64,000 nt of DNA, from assembly GCA_002723345.1 (NCBI GenBank), contig PBNV01000031.1:115953-179952 (forward strand). The letters run 5' to 3'. The notes beneath the pieces are model-generated. The model made no database searches. It saw only the letters and a program-made list of their open reading frames with translations, and was not told the origin of the DNA. The position numbers and the translations under genes were made by a program. Shown here piece by piece: positions 19,287 through 29,482 of the stretch (the stretch's first letter is position 1; the number at the start of each line of letters is the position of its first letter). The DNA is from Rhodospirillaceae bacterium. GTDB taxonomy: Bacteria > Pseudomonadota > Alphaproteobacteria > Rhodospirillales > UBA2165.

Positions 19287-20438
19287 TTAAACAAATAACG
19301 TGAGCACACCTGTATAGCTGTAGATGCGGTTATTGGAAATCTCCCCGTTGGCGTAGAGACCAACAAGGGGAATGCCGCCAAAGATGTCTCGGATAAGCTC
19401 AAGCTCGGCGTTTTGACGTCCGAACATATTCGGTCCGCGGGCGATACAGGAAATGTAAAGCCCGCCTTTGATCTGGTCACCTACCCGGCTCTTGAGTTTT
19501 TCAAACGATTGTCGGAGATCATTCTCGGCGGCTTGGGCGTCCCGTCGGACAAACATGATGGGATCGCCGTCCTGGACCGGCGCGCCGATTGCGACTACGC
19601 CATGATCTTCGTCTACACCTATTAGATTTCGCACCACATAATCGGCTGTATCCGATCCCGCGACGGGAAGAGCGGCATGAACATCTCCTCCGAGACCTCG
19701 CAACGCCAAAACCGAGTCAACTCCAAAGGCACCAAGTAACACGTCCAAGGCAGGTCGGTCATCCAACTCAAATATAAGATTATCGGTGGAGCGGGAGACG
19801 GTGTGTGTACGGCTCATGGGCTGACAGCCCTGACTGAGAGCCGTGACCACGGGCACTTCGGGCGAGAATATCACGCCGGATACACTTCCGCCGGTCACGG
19901 ACCCGGAGACGTGATGTTTTGGCGTTGCGCTGGAGGTTAATCCACCGACGATAAAGCCCCCGGTACTCTCTGCTAGGTCTTCGATGAGGAGCAGAGCATT
20001 TGGATTAGAGGTGTCCGCATGTGCGACCACGAATGGCAGGCCCGCCGGCCAGTCTTTCTTGGATGTTTCCGAGGCAACATCCTGTCGATCTAAATCGACG
20101 CCCGGGTCTCCGCTCGAGTCTGAAGCCGGGAACAGCATAAAACTTCCTGGGGGCACATTGGCGGCCAAGACTACGATGGTGGGGTCGTCAAAAAATTCAC
20201 CGCAATTCGACTGATTATTAATGAACACACCGAGCCCGGTGCTACCAACCCAATGGGAGATGCCCGAGCGTTTATGAAGGTCGTGAAGAATGAGATCGAG
20301 ACTGTCCGATAAGGCCTCGGTGATATAAAGAAAACCGAGATTAGCGCCGACGCTTGAAGGCCCTTGCCCGAGTTGCGCCAAGCATGAGTCGACGCCGGTT
20401 TTCCAATCTGCGGTGACAGCGTGCGCTGATTTAAACAT
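19287..20438 (-). CDS. FIST-domain (FIST_N/FIST_C) putative sensory protein
   Basis: 383 aa. The overall pattern is typical of FIST proteins as I recall them: LGFLYITEALSD...WVGSTGLGVF...GGFIVGGL...ISCIARGPNMFG...PLVGLYANGEI. Confidence 0.6.
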   Translation of the reverse strand: MFKSAHAVTADWKTGVDSCLAQLGQGPSSVGANLGFLYITEALSDSLDLILHDLHKRSGISHWVGSTGLGVFINNQSNCGEFFDDPTIVVLAANVPPGSFMLFPASDSSGDPGVDLDRQDVASETSKKDWPAGLPFVVAHADTSNPNALLLIEDLAESTGGFIVGGLTSSATPKHHVSGSVTGGSVSGVIFSPEVPVVTALSQGCQPMSRTHTVSRSTDNLIFELDDRPALDVLLGAFGVDSVLALRGLGGDVHAALPVAGSDTADYVVRNLIGVDEDHGVVAIGAPVQDGDPIMFVRRDAQAAENDLRQSFEKLKSRVGDQIKGGLYISCIARGPNMFGRQNAELELIRDIFGGIPLVGLYANGEISNNRIYSYTGVLTLFV

Positions 20439-20476
20439 TAGTGTAATTTCGCTGTAAATTACAGGTTAGCACTAGA

Positions 20477-21151
20477 TTATGGACGGACCCGTTTGAGGGT
20501 TGCCATAACCTTGGGCAGGATGCGCTGAACAATTTCATCGACGCCGGCCCGGTTTGGGTGAATACCATCCCGTTGATTGAGGAGAGGTTCACCGGCGACT
20601 CCGTCCAGGAAAAAACTATAGAACACGGCATTGTGTTTTCGCGCCAATGCCGGAAATAGGCTGTTGAACTCCACACCATACTCCGTGCCCAAGTTTGGGG
20701 GCGCCAGCATGCCCGTCAACAGCACGCTGATATCGCGTTTTCCGAGTTCTGACAAAATTGCATCAAGATTAGCACGGGTTTCGGATGGCTCCAGTCCGCG
20801 AAGCCCGTCATTGGCGCCCAACTCTAGAATAACGACGGCCGGTTTGTCAGCGAGCGCCCAGGCCAGGCGCGACCGTCCGCCAGCCGTCGTATCACCTGAT
20901 ACGCCGGCATTGATGAAGTTAACATTGTAACCGGCTTTTTTTAGGGCGGCTTCGAGCACCACCGGAAAAGCGTCTGTCTCCGCCAAGCCGTAACCGGCGC
21001 TCAAACTGTCGCCGAGAACAAGAACTTTCACAGGAGTTGCAGATTGTGCGATCCCAGCCGTATGACATATCAACGCCGTGAGAAGAACTAAAAGCCGGGC
21101 CGCCTGTTTCGTCCGGGTCGGTAGGTTAAAAATGAGGATGACGTTCGACAT
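20477..21151 (-). CDS. SGNH/GDSL arylesterase-lysophospholipase (TesA-like), secreted
   Basis: Signal peptide, block I VLVLGDSLSAGYGL, block III GANDGLRG, and block V DGIHPN. It is divergent from a ybbA/ybbP-like ABC pair, as in E. coli tesA. Confidence 0.8.
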   Translation of the reverse strand: MSNVILIFNLPTRTKQAARLLVLLTALICHTAGIAQSATPVKVLVLGDSLSAGYGLAETDAFPVVLEAALKKAGYNVNFINAGVSGDTTAGGRSRLAWALADKPAVVILELGANDGLRGLEPSETRANLDAILSELGKRDISVLLTGMLAPPNLGTEYGVEFNSLFPALARKHNAVFYSFFLDGVAGEPLLNQRDGIHPNRAGVDEIVQRILPKVMATLKRVRP

Positions 21152-21216
21152 TTCCCATTTGCAGTATAAATATAAGAGATAACTTTGACCGTTTTCTATT
21201 ATTTAGGTTAATCTTT

Positions 21217-21945
21217 ATGGATTCAATGCCTGACACCGAGACGCCGGCAGACCTTCTCGCTGTTCGGCTGGAAAACGTTCAGCTGACCCTGCCGAGCGAA
21301 GCGGGTGACGTTCATATTCTTCGGGGCATTGATCTGAGAGTTCCTCGGGGAGAAGCTGTGGGAATTGTCGGGCCGTCCGGTGGCGGCAAGTCCACTATGA
21401 TGATGGTAATAGCAGGGTTGGAACGGGCCAGCCGGGGGACCGTCGAAACCGCTGGTGTTGATCTAATGCCGTTGAGCGAGGATTCCCTGGCACTCTTTCG
21501 ACGGGAGACTGTCGGTATAGTGTTCCAGGACTTCCATCTTATCCCGACCATGACGGCCCTTGAGAATGTGGCTGTTCCTCTGGAGTTTAAGGGCGGGGAG
21601 AAACGCGATCAGATTTTTGAGAGAGCGCAACAGCAACTCGAAGCTGTCGGGCTCGGTCACCGTTTGTTCCATTATCCTGGGCAGTTGTCGGGTGGAGAGC
21701 AACAACGGGTCGCACTTGCCAGGGCCTATGCGGGCGAGCCAAAAATCCTGCTGGCGGACGAGCCCACGGGTAACCTTGATCGCGAGACCGGCGAAGTTGT
21801 AATGGATCTCCTGTTCGATCTCCATGGCCGAGCTGGGACGACCATGCTGTTGATCAGTCATGATCCTGTCCTGGCCGAGCGCTGTGACCGAGTGGTGACC
21901 CTGGCCGATGGCCGCATCGCATGCGACAGGCAAGCCGTGGAGTAG
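21217..21945 (+). CDS. ABC transporter ATP-binding protein (YbbA/LolD-like)
   Basis: Walker A GPSGGGKST, signature LSGGEQQRVALARA, Walker B ILLADEPTGNLD. Confidence 0.85.
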   Translation: MDSMPDTETPADLLAVRLENVQLTLPSEAGDVHILRGIDLRVPRGEAVGIVGPSGGGKSTMMMVIAGLERASRGTVETAGVDLMPLSEDSLALFRRETVGIVFQDFHLIPTMTALENVAVPLEFKGGEKRDQIFERAQQQLEAVGLGHRLFHYPGQLSGGEQQRVALARAYAGEPKILLADEPTGNLDRETGEVVMDLLFDLHGRAGTTMLLISHDPVLAERCDRVVTLADGRIACDRQAVE

Positions 21946-21951
21946 GCGGCC

Positions 21952-24501
21952 ATGATTCCGGGCTTTTCCCTCGCGGTTACCATTGCGCTTAGAGAGATGC
22001 GCGGGGGCCTGAGTGGCTTTCGTATTCTTGTTGCCTGCCTTGCCCTCGGCGTGGCGGCTATTGCCGGTGTTGGAAGTCTCAGCGAGGGTATTACCGGGGG
22101 TATAGAGAAGGATGCCCGCAGGTTGCTGGGCGGGGATGTCGCATTTCGGTTGCTACATCGTCCGGCAACTGACCCGCAGCGGGCCTATTTGACCAACTCG
22201 GCTGTCGTCTCTGAAGTTATCGAAATGCGCGCCATGGCCCAGGTAGACTCGAAGGTTAATCCCGGGGCTGAGAGCAAGAGGCGACGAACCCTCGTGGAGT
22301 TGAAGGCCGTTGATGATCTTTATCCACTGGTGGGCCGCTTGGAACTGGTCTCTGGCGCGGTATTGAGAGGAAGTCTCGCGCGCGACGGTGAGAGTTGGGG
22401 CGCTGTGGCGGAGCGGAATCTGCTGACCAAACTTGGACTGAATATAGGCGACCGTTTGCGTGTTGGTGAGGCGTCATTTGTAATCACCGGTATCATTGCC
22501 AAGGAGCCTGACCGGGTGGCGACTGTTCTGAGCTTTGGGCCCCGGCTTATGGTGTCGTCGCAGTCTCTTGCAGCTACCAAGCTTGTTCGGCCGGGCAGTC
22601 AGATCAGATACTGGTATCGCGCCGTTCTGCCCGATGGTGTCGTGCCAAGCGACTGGATTGATCAGGTCAAAGCTGAATTTCCGACGGCTGGTTGGCGGAT
22701 CCGAGCTTTGGATCAGGCCGCCCCGGGTCTGCAGCGCTTTATAAACCGGATTACCCTGTTCCTGAGTTTCGTTGGGCTTACTACGCTGCTAGTGGGCGGA
22801 GTTGGGGTCAGTAATGCGGTGGAGAGTTATTTGGATGGCAAGGTTCGTACCATCGCGACGCTAAAATGTCTTGGTGCACCGAGCTCTCTTATTTTCCGTG
22901 CATACTTTTTCCAAATTCTGGTTTTGGCTGGAGGCGGTATTCTGATTGGCCTTATAGCAGGCGGGGCGCTTCCTGCGGCGGCGGCCTGGGCGCTAAAGGG
23001 TCAATTACCCGTCGATATCCAAGGGGGCATCTTTCCTATGTCCTTGATAATCGCCGCAGTATTCGGTTTTTTGGTTGCGTTTACGTTTGCTCTTTGGCCT
23101 TTGGCCAGGGCTCGATCAATCCCGGCTGCGAGTCTGTTTCGTGATAAGATCACGCCCGGCAACCACCGTCCCGGTTGGAGCTACGTCCTTCTCATGGTCA
23201 CCGGGGGTTTGGCCCTCTCGGTGCTTACCATTGGAACGGCGGCCGACAGCTGGTTTGCTCTTTGGTTTGTGGTTGGGGCGTCGGCGTCTCTCGCGCTTCT
23301 GAGAATTTCGGCGGCGGCGTTGAAACGGCTTGCACGGCGCATTCGTGCCGCTAGGTGGACGGAATTGCGGCTGGCGGTGGCCAATCTCCATCGGCCCGGC
23401 GCATCCACTAATTCGGTTGTTTTATCTCTTGGACTCGGCCTCGCGGTCCTTGTGGCGATCAGCCTGATTGAGAGTAATCTCAGCCGACAAGTGGATGAGC
23501 GGTTGCCTGAGATGGCACCAGCCTTTTTCTTTATTGATATCCAGTCCCATCAAGTCGCGGCATTCGATAAAATTCTGGCCGGATTCGACGGAACCGGAGC
23601 TTACCGCAGGGTCGCGAGTTTGCGCGGCCGAATTGTGAAAATCGCCGGACAGCCGGTCGATCAGGTGACCATTGCATCAGGTTCGCAATGGGCAGTGCGC
23701 GGGGATCGGGCGCTGACCTTTGCTGTGGCCCCTTCCGAGGGCACGCGTATCGTGTCTGGTGACTGGTGGCCTGCAGATTACAGCGGACCGCCTCGGATCT
23801 CCCTGGATGCCCAGATCGCAAGGGATTTTGGCGTGGGGGTTGGGGATACACTAACCTTAAATATTCTTGGCCGCGAGATAGAAGCGGAAATAGGTAGCCT
23901 GCGCGCCATTGACTGGCGCTCCATTCGCATGGATTTTGCCATCATTTTCGCTCCTGGCACGCTCGAGCACGCGCCACATAGTTATATTGCCGCTTTGCAA
24001 GCGCCGGAGCCGATGGAAGATAGAATCGAAGATGCCGTGGCTTCCCAATTCAATAACATTTCTATCATTCGGGTGCGCGAGGCCCTGCAGTCTGCATCAA
24101 ACATTCTTGCGGGGATCGGTGTGGCCGTCCGGGCGACGGCAGCGGTTACGATTACAGGGGGGATTCTCGTGCTCGCGGGCGCCGTTGCGGCAGGCCGTCG
24201 CCGTCGTGTGTATGACGCTGTGGTATTCAAGGTATTGGGCGCCACCCGGGCCACGGTTTTGCGGGCGTTTCTGTTGGAGTATGGCCTTTTAGGTGTGGCC
24301 ACTGGTGTCATTGCGGCGTTGATTGGGTCACTGACTGCCTGGGCGGTGGTTGTGCTTCTGATGGACATGGTTTGGTATTTTGATGTCGTGGCCGTCGGTG
24401 GTACTATTTTAGTTTGCCTGGTGGCGACCCTCGTCATTGGTTTTGCTGGTACATGGCACGCCTTGGGCCAAAAAGCGGCGCCGCTTCTCAGAAATGAATA
24501 G
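21952..24501 (+). CDS. FtsX-like ABC transporter permease with duplicated domain (YbbP-like)
   Basis: 849 aa with two FtsX-type membrane modules separated by large periplasmic regions. It directly follows the ATPase gene. Confidence 0.8.
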   Translation: MIPGFSLAVTIALREMRGGLSGFRILVACLALGVAAIAGVGSLSEGITGGIEKDARRLLGGDVAFRLLHRPATDPQRAYLTNSAVVSEVIEMRAMAQVDSKVNPGAESKRRRTLVELKAVDDLYPLVGRLELVSGAVLRGSLARDGESWGAVAERNLLTKLGLNIGDRLRVGEASFVITGIIAKEPDRVATVLSFGPRLMVSSQSLAATKLVRPGSQIRYWYRAVLPDGVVPSDWIDQVKAEFPTAGWRIRALDQAAPGLQRFINRITLFLSFVGLTTLLVGGVGVSNAVESYLDGKVRTIATLKCLGAPSSLIFRAYFFQILVLAGGGILIGLIAGGALPAAAAWALKGQLPVDIQGGIFPMSLIIAAVFGFLVAFTFALWPLARARSIPAASLFRDKITPGNHRPGWSYVLLMVTGGLALSVLTIGTAADSWFALWFVVGASASLALLRISAAALKRLARRIRAARWTELRLAVANLHRPGASTNSVVLSLGLGLAVLVAISLIESNLSRQVDERLPEMAPAFFFIDIQSHQVAAFDKILAGFDGTGAYRRVASLRGRIVKIAGQPVDQVTIASGSQWAVRGDRALTFAVAPSEGTRIVSGDWWPADYSGPPRISLDAQIARDFGVGVGDTLTLNILGREIEAEIGSLRAIDWRSIRMDFAIIFAPGTLEHAPHSYIAALQAPEPMEDRIEDAVASQFNNISIIRVREALQSASNILAGIGVAVRATAAVTITGGILVLAGAVAAGRRRRVYDAVVFKVLGATRATVLRAFLLEYGLLGVATGVIAALIGSLTAWAVVVLLMDMVWYFDVVAVGGTILVCLVATLVIGFAGTWHALGQKAAPLLRNE

Positions 24502-24705
24502 TCAGCCGGGGTGGAGGGTTTGTTATCGGACGCGCAGATGAACTAATCTTGAGACTGGCCCGAAACCTGCCTGAAACCCTTGATCTAAAACTCAAACCTG
24601 CCATATTACAACAGGCTTACCCAAATACGTTATGTCGGGTAACAAACCTAATCGCTTCGCAGCCGGAAAAGGTGTTTGCTAGAGTGTTACACGGAGAAAC
24701 AAAAC

Positions 24706-25416
24706 ATGTCTGACGATCTGAGATATATGACACGGACCCAGGCGAACGCCGCCGACATTGATGTCGGACTTCGCCAGTATATGCTTCGGGTCTACAATTA
24801 TATGGCATCCGGTGTTGCCCTTACGGGCATCGTTTCGGCCCTGGTATCGAGTAGCCCGCAGCTGATGCAGGCAATTTTTGGTGGGCCCCTCAAATGGGTC
24901 TTCTTTATCGGCATTCTAGGACTTGGCTTCATGGCACCGCGGATCATTATGTCAAAGAGTATAGTCGCAGCTCAGGGTGCATTTTGGGTCTATGCTGGCA
25001 TGTTCGGTGCGCTTATGGCGCCGTACTTTCTTGTTTACACCAGCACCAGCATTGTACGGGTCTTCTTCATCACGGCTGCGGCATTTGCCGGCCTTAGCTT
25101 GTTCGGGTACGTGACGAAGAAGAATTTGAGCGGCATGGGTGCATTTATGGTGATGGGTACGTGGGGCCTATTGATCGCCATTGTCGTGAATATTTTCTTG
25201 CAGTCGCCCGTTTTGCAGATGACCTATTCGGCGATCGGAGTCCTGATATTCTCTGGTTTGACTGCTTACGAAACCCAGCAGATCAAAAACTTGTATTACG
25301 AAGGGGACAGTAGCGATACTGCTACGAGGAAGGCTATAATGGGTGCCCTGCAGCTTTATGGTTCTTTCGTCATGATATTTATTTTCCTGCTCAATTTGCT
25401 GGGTAATAGGGATTAG
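24706..25416 (+). CDS. Bax inhibitor-1/YccA-family membrane protein
   Basis: N-terminus YMLRVYNYMASGVALTG, seven hydrophobic segments, and C-terminal ALQLYGSFVMIFIFLLNLLG. The start is at the ATG at 24706, after the GGAGA Shine-Dalgarno. Confidence 0.85.
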   Translation: MSDDLRYMTRTQANAADIDVGLRQYMLRVYNYMASGVALTGIVSALVSSSPQLMQAIFGGPLKWVFFIGILGLGFMAPRIIMSKSIVAAQGAFWVYAGMFGALMAPYFLVYTSTSIVRVFFITAAAFAGLSLFGYVTKKNLSGMGAFMVMGTWGLLIAIVVNIFLQSPVLQMTYSAIGVLIFSGLTAYETQQIKNLYYEGDSSDTATRKAIMGALQLYGSFVMIFIFLLNLLGNRD

Positions 25417-25431
25417 ACACAAACATTAATG

Positions 25432-25467
25432 AAAAAAGGCCCGGAGACTTGCCTCCGGGCTTTTTTT
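25432..25467. terminator. Rho-independent terminator, possibly bidirectional
   Basis: AAAAAA-G-GCCCGGAG-ACTTGC-CTCCGGGC-TTTTTTT. This is an 8-bp perfect GC-rich stem with an A-run on one side and a T-run on the other, lying between convergent genes. Confidence 0.7.
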
Positions 25468-25579
25468 ATGCTCGAGGACCAACAATTGACAAAAGGGGCC
25501 GTCATGCGTAGCTCTGCCTCGGTTAAAGGGCTCCCATTTTACGGCTATTTCAGCGCCAGTTTTGGGCGCGGCTCATTTA

Positions 25580-26248
25580 TCAGCTGCTCAGTAGGTCCAT
25601 GGCCGCGTTGAGTTGGCTCATACGCTGATGGTTGCCATAGTTTCCGTCGGGATGATGAATAGCTGCCAGCTTGCGGAACCGGGCACGAACGGTAGCCGTA
25701 TCGGGCCTGTCCGAGGGTGCAAAACCCATGACGTGTCGGGCATCTTCCCGAGTGGTGACGCCCTCTTCAAGAGGCTCGAACATTAGGGCGGAAACGATGG
25801 ACTGAAGCCGGTTCACTTCCTCTTGTAATGCTGGGGATTGCTGCGGTGGTTCTGTTGGTTTTTGTGTCTCTCGGGCCCCCGTGTCGGGCCTCGCTTTTTC
25901 GAGTTTGGGCGTCAGGTCTCCCTGATTTAATTTTAGTGCTAAATATAGAGCTCTTCGGACTATTGTGGTATTATAACCAGCGCTCAGGCGGACCTGAAGG
26001 CGAGGTTTTCGGCGCCAGAGTTTGCCGGCCGATGGACCAGATTTTAGAGTGGTCTCTTCCCGATCCTCTGGTGGAGGGTCTCCTGGATCTGGAATTTCGC
26101 GGACTGCGGTTTCTGGGATGACCAGCAAAATAGATCGGGCCAAGTCCGCGACGTTGACCTGTCGGCTCGCCGCAAGCGCGTTGATTGCATCACGGAACGC
26201 ACTCGAACATGGAATCGTATAAGATGTTTTCGGTGTTTTGATTGTCAT
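25580..26248 (-). CDS. J-domain protein with an uncharacterised N-terminal region
   Basis: The C-terminal approximately 60 aa read ARHVMGFAPSDRPDTATVRARFRKLAAIHHPDGNYGNHQRMSQLNAAMDLL, a helix II-HPD-helix III J-domain pattern. The N-terminus TSYTIPCSSAFRDAINALAASRQVNVADLARSILL resembles a ribbon-helix-helix. The middle is Pro/Glu-rich. The start is moved to the ATG at 26248. Confidence 0.6.
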   Translation of the reverse strand: MTIKTPKTSYTIPCSSAFRDAINALAASRQVNVADLARSILLVIPETAVREIPDPGDPPPEDREETTLKSGPSAGKLWRRKPRLQVRLSAGYNTTIVRRALYLALKLNQGDLTPKLEKARPDTGARETQKPTEPPQQSPALQEEVNRLQSIVSALMFEPLEEGVTTREDARHVMGFAPSDRPDTATVRARFRKLAAIHHPDGNYGNHQRMSQLNAAMDLLSS

Positions 26249-26787
26249 CCGCGTAGTCCCACCGCCACAGACAGACGGACCCAATCACCGGCTGAAGCAA
26301 GGCAGTGTATAAAAGTGTATCGTGAACTGAAAAACCTTACCAACCCCAGTGCCATCGTCAATTACTATCGTTGATGATGCAAAAAGCAATTTTATCCCTA
26401 TCGTTTTGAAATTAGTTGAGGTTAATTATCCATTTTATTCCGGTTTCCGCACGGTTAAACCGAATGATTTGACGGATTGTGGTTGGTTCGGTTTCTCAAC
26501 CTGTCCCCGCCAGACTGTCAGGCAAACTCTCTCCACCTACGTTGTCGTTTGATTTAAAATGATTTGTTAAGATGTTTGTATATAAGCAGTACTTTTTGAG
26601 GGTAAACAGTTAAAACTACTCCCAATTTATTAGTCTGTTGAACGGTAAAACTGTCGCACTATGCAGCTGTTCGGTTAATCGTGCAACGTCCTCTAGATCC
26701 GATGTGAATCGGTCTTGAAGTGCAGCGTCTTGACGAAAAGGTCCTGGATATAACTTAGCGGGTGATTTGTGTACCGCCAATTTAAGG

Positions 26788-27858
26788 TTATGCAGGCGCC
26801 TTTTCGCCATAAACAATCGTCCACGGAAAACGCCAGAATGGGTTGTTTAGTGGATCGACGTCGTCGGCTTCTTGAAATGGAATAATCTCTATATTGATGA
26901 GCCCTTTTTCTGCCATTAGTGCGACGGGGTCGATGTCTGCCCAGGATGACATGAACGGTTCATTATTGCGCCGGGCGTGGCCGTCATGAATAAACCGGGC
27001 AAAAGCGTTGGGGACATGGTGAAAGTCTAAATGAGCCATGCGTCCGCCAGGTGCCAGGACACGGGTTGCCTCCTGGAATAGTTGATTGATTTCCGCTGGA
27101 GGCAGTTCATGGATGAGCATGGTGGAGGTGACTAAATCAAACGTGTTGTCGTCATAATCCGTCGTCAGAGCATCCATCTGGCGATAGCGCACCGTACTTT
27201 TGGTGCAATACCCGGCTTCGTGCGCCCCGACCTTTAGACAGGGAGCCGACAGATCAATGGCATCGACAATGGCCTCCTTGAAAGTCTCGTAGAATGGTCG
27301 CGTGCTTTTACCAAAACCGCAACCCATGTCTAGAATATGCGATGGGGTTGTGCCTTGGTTGGCGACAAAACTGGTAAACCGCTGATGCAGGTCCTTATGA
27401 GCCTTTCCCATTAGGGGGGTGGTAGATCGGGCACCCCTCTCGTAAACAAAGCCGGCGATTTCGTCTCTCCAGATGCCGCCTGGATGCTGATGGATATCAA
27501 CTTTCCGGTAGTATTCCGGAATTGGAAGATCGGGGTTGAGTGTCAGGCGATCAGCAGCGATTTCGATCCCGGCGACGGAAGCCATCAGCTCTCTGCGCTT
27601 TCCATCATGATAGGGGTAAAGTCCATATCGTCCGGAATATTTTAAGCGCTGCAGGTGGCGTTCAAGCCAGGCATAAAAACGGTACAGTGTGGTACTGCCA
27701 ATCAACGCTTCGACCTCCTCTGAGGTGTCGGGTACCGATTCAAACGATGCGGTGCGGTTCTCATAGTCGGCTTTCAACGCCGGATAGATCTCCGTTGTCC
27801 AAAAGCGTTTGACATCGAGTATAAAATCTTGCGCGGCGATAAAACTGCGATCATCCAT
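26788..27858 (-). CDS. Class I SAM-dependent methyltransferase with a long N-terminal extension
   Basis: 356 aa. Motif I is ILDMGCGFGKST, post-I is DAIDLS, and motif II-III is FDLVTSTMLIHELP...LAPGGRM. The roughly 170-aa N-terminal region is unrecognised. Confidence 0.7.
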   Translation of the reverse strand: MDDRSFIAAQDFILDVKRFWTTEIYPALKADYENRTASFESVPDTSEEVEALIGSTTLYRFYAWLERHLQRLKYSGRYGLYPYHDGKRRELMASVAGIEIAADRLTLNPDLPIPEYYRKVDIHQHPGGIWRDEIAGFVYERGARSTTPLMGKAHKDLHQRFTSFVANQGTTPSHILDMGCGFGKSTRPFYETFKEAIVDAIDLSAPCLKVGAHEAGYCTKSTVRYRQMDALTTDYDDNTFDLVTSTMLIHELPPAEINQLFQEATRVLAPGGRMAHLDFHHVPNAFARFIHDGHARRNNEPFMSSWADIDPVALMAEKGLINIEIIPFQEADDVDPLNNPFWRFPWTIVYGEKAPA

Positions 27859-27870
27859 TGTTTTGTTCTC

Positions 27871-28164
27871 CTAGGCCGCGCCTTGGGATTGTTGCTTTCC
27901 CAAAAGGCTGATCATGAGCGCGCGTGTGAATTCAGCCCGGTCATCTGCATTGGCGCGGCGTTCCTGATCGGAGGGTTCACCATCAAGGGCGGCGCGGTCA
28001 AGCACTCCGGCCTCTTCCAAGAGGCGTTCGAGTGCTTGCTGACGGTTGCGCAGCACATAGACTTCAGTCGCGAGCGCCATGACGACGCCGAAAGCGCGGT
28101 CCAGCGCCGGGTCCTCAAAAAAAGTTTGTTCAGCCAAATCAACCAACTCCGGCGCAAGCGACAT
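27871..28164 (-). CDS. Hypothetical small acidic protein, first gene of the methyltransferase operon
   Basis: 97 aa from the ATG at 28164, preceded by AGGAG with a 6-nt spacer. It lies 12 nt upstream of the methyltransferase start. I recognise no family. Confidence 0.5.
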   Translation of the reverse strand: MSLAPELVDLAEQTFFEDPALDRAFGVVMALATEVYVLRNRQQALERLLEEAGVLDRAALDGEPSDQERRANADDRAEFTRALMISLLGKQQSQGAA

Positions 28165-28302
28165 TTCATTCTCCTTCACGGCAAGGGGCCCCAATTCTTA
28201 TCAGGATGATATTCCGAGAACCGTGAATTTAACATAAGAATATGGGGCCAGGATTTTTGACCGGATTTTACCTAAAGGGAGAAAATGGAGACGCCCATCA
28301 TC

Positions 28303-29433
28303 TCAGAGTATTCTCTCCAAGAACCAGACAAATCCGGTAGTTCCAATTAGAATTGTTAGGGGGCGAACGATGCGGGCCCTATACCAGTCTTTTTGGCTGA
28401 CCCAAAATCCGAGGGCACCATACGCGATGGCAATGGTGGCCAACTGGCCGAGTTCGACACCTAGATTAAAAAAGACCAAGCTCGTCGCAAAGTCGGCCGG
28501 CCCCAAGTTCATTTCTCTTAGCACTCCTGCGAATCCGAACCCGTGAATAAGACCAAATCCAAAAATCACAAATGGTCTCCACGGCTGAAGTCTCTCAGTG
28601 AACCAATTCTCCACCGCGACAAATACGATTGAGAGGGCAATCAGAGGTTCTATTATAGCCGATGGTATCGACACCAAACCGAGCATGCTAAGGGCGAGTG
28701 TAAGCGTATGCGCCACCGTAAAGCTTGAAACCTGGATGATGAGCGGCCGAAGTCGGCTGGACAGAAAATATAGGCCGAGTACGAATAGGATGTGGTCCAA
28801 ACCCAGCGGAATAATGTGGGTAAAACCGATCCCCACATACTGATATGCCAACCCGACGAAGCTCTGTGCGGACCTGCCACGTATCTTAATGGGCGGGCTC
28901 CGCTCTCCGTTTTTCAGCCAAAATGCAACCCTCTCGCCACCGATGGCGCCCCGAACGCGGAAGACACTATCGCCGAACGCAGGCGCATATCGCCAGGCGA
29001 GGACAGGCGCGCCCTCGGGCGCTGTCCCGGTCAGCGTAATTTTGGTGTGACGGGGTAGTGCAAGGTCCCCTACTTGGGGCACCCTTATCTGGGTGAGTTT
29101 GAGGTCTGCCCGGCGCTTATCGAAGGTTACATCGATGCCGGAAAGATACGCTGGCATGAAAGAGCGTATACGATTACTCAAAACGGCAGGGGGTAATTGT
29201 CGAAGGGCGTCATATATTTGTGATTTTGGAGAATCCTCTGTGTTCTTATGTGAGGCCCCGATACCTGCTATTAATGCCTCCAGATTTGCATTTATTTGGA
29301 TTGTATAAAGGCCCGTTTCGCTAAATTCAGCGGTGACGATTGTCGGTCTGATTTCATGCGCGTTCACCTGCCGTAATGTTCCAACGAGAAGGACGAGAGT
29401 AACCATGCATAAAAATGTTCGGAGATGAAGCAT
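28303..29433 (-). CDS. HupE/UreJ-family membrane protein (putative Ni/Co transporter component)
   Basis: The C-terminal membrane domain has GFTHIIPLGLDHILFVLGLYFL, FTVAHTLTLAL, and GFGLIHGFGFAG, typical of HupE/UreJ_2. The start is moved to the ATG at 29433 (signal-like MLHLRTFLCMVTLVLLVG). Confidence 0.75.
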   Translation of the reverse strand: MLHLRTFLCMVTLVLLVGTLRQVNAHEIRPTIVTAEFSETGLYTIQINANLEALIAGIGASHKNTEDSPKSQIYDALRQLPPAVLSNRIRSFMPAYLSGIDVTFDKRRADLKLTQIRVPQVGDLALPRHTKITLTGTAPEGAPVLAWRYAPAFGDSVFRVRGAIGGERVAFWLKNGERSPPIKIRGRSAQSFVGLAYQYVGIGFTHIIPLGLDHILFVLGLYFLSSRLRPLIIQVSSFTVAHTLTLALSMLGLVSIPSAIIEPLIALSIVFVAVENWFTERLQPWRPFVIFGFGLIHGFGFAGVLREMNLGPADFATSLVFFNLGVELGQLATIAIAYGALGFWVSQKDWYRARIVRPLTILIGTTGFVWFLERIL

Positions 29434-29482
29434 ATTTAAAGGATGAACACCGGTTTGAGCGTAAATTCGAGAGGTAACACAG

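Noticed and set aside
26616-26816. 66-aa minus-strand ORF overlapping the methyltransferase stop by 29 nt.
   Set aside because: I recognise no motif and saw no ribosome-binding site, and it lies in an AT-rich spacer. It is probably spurious.
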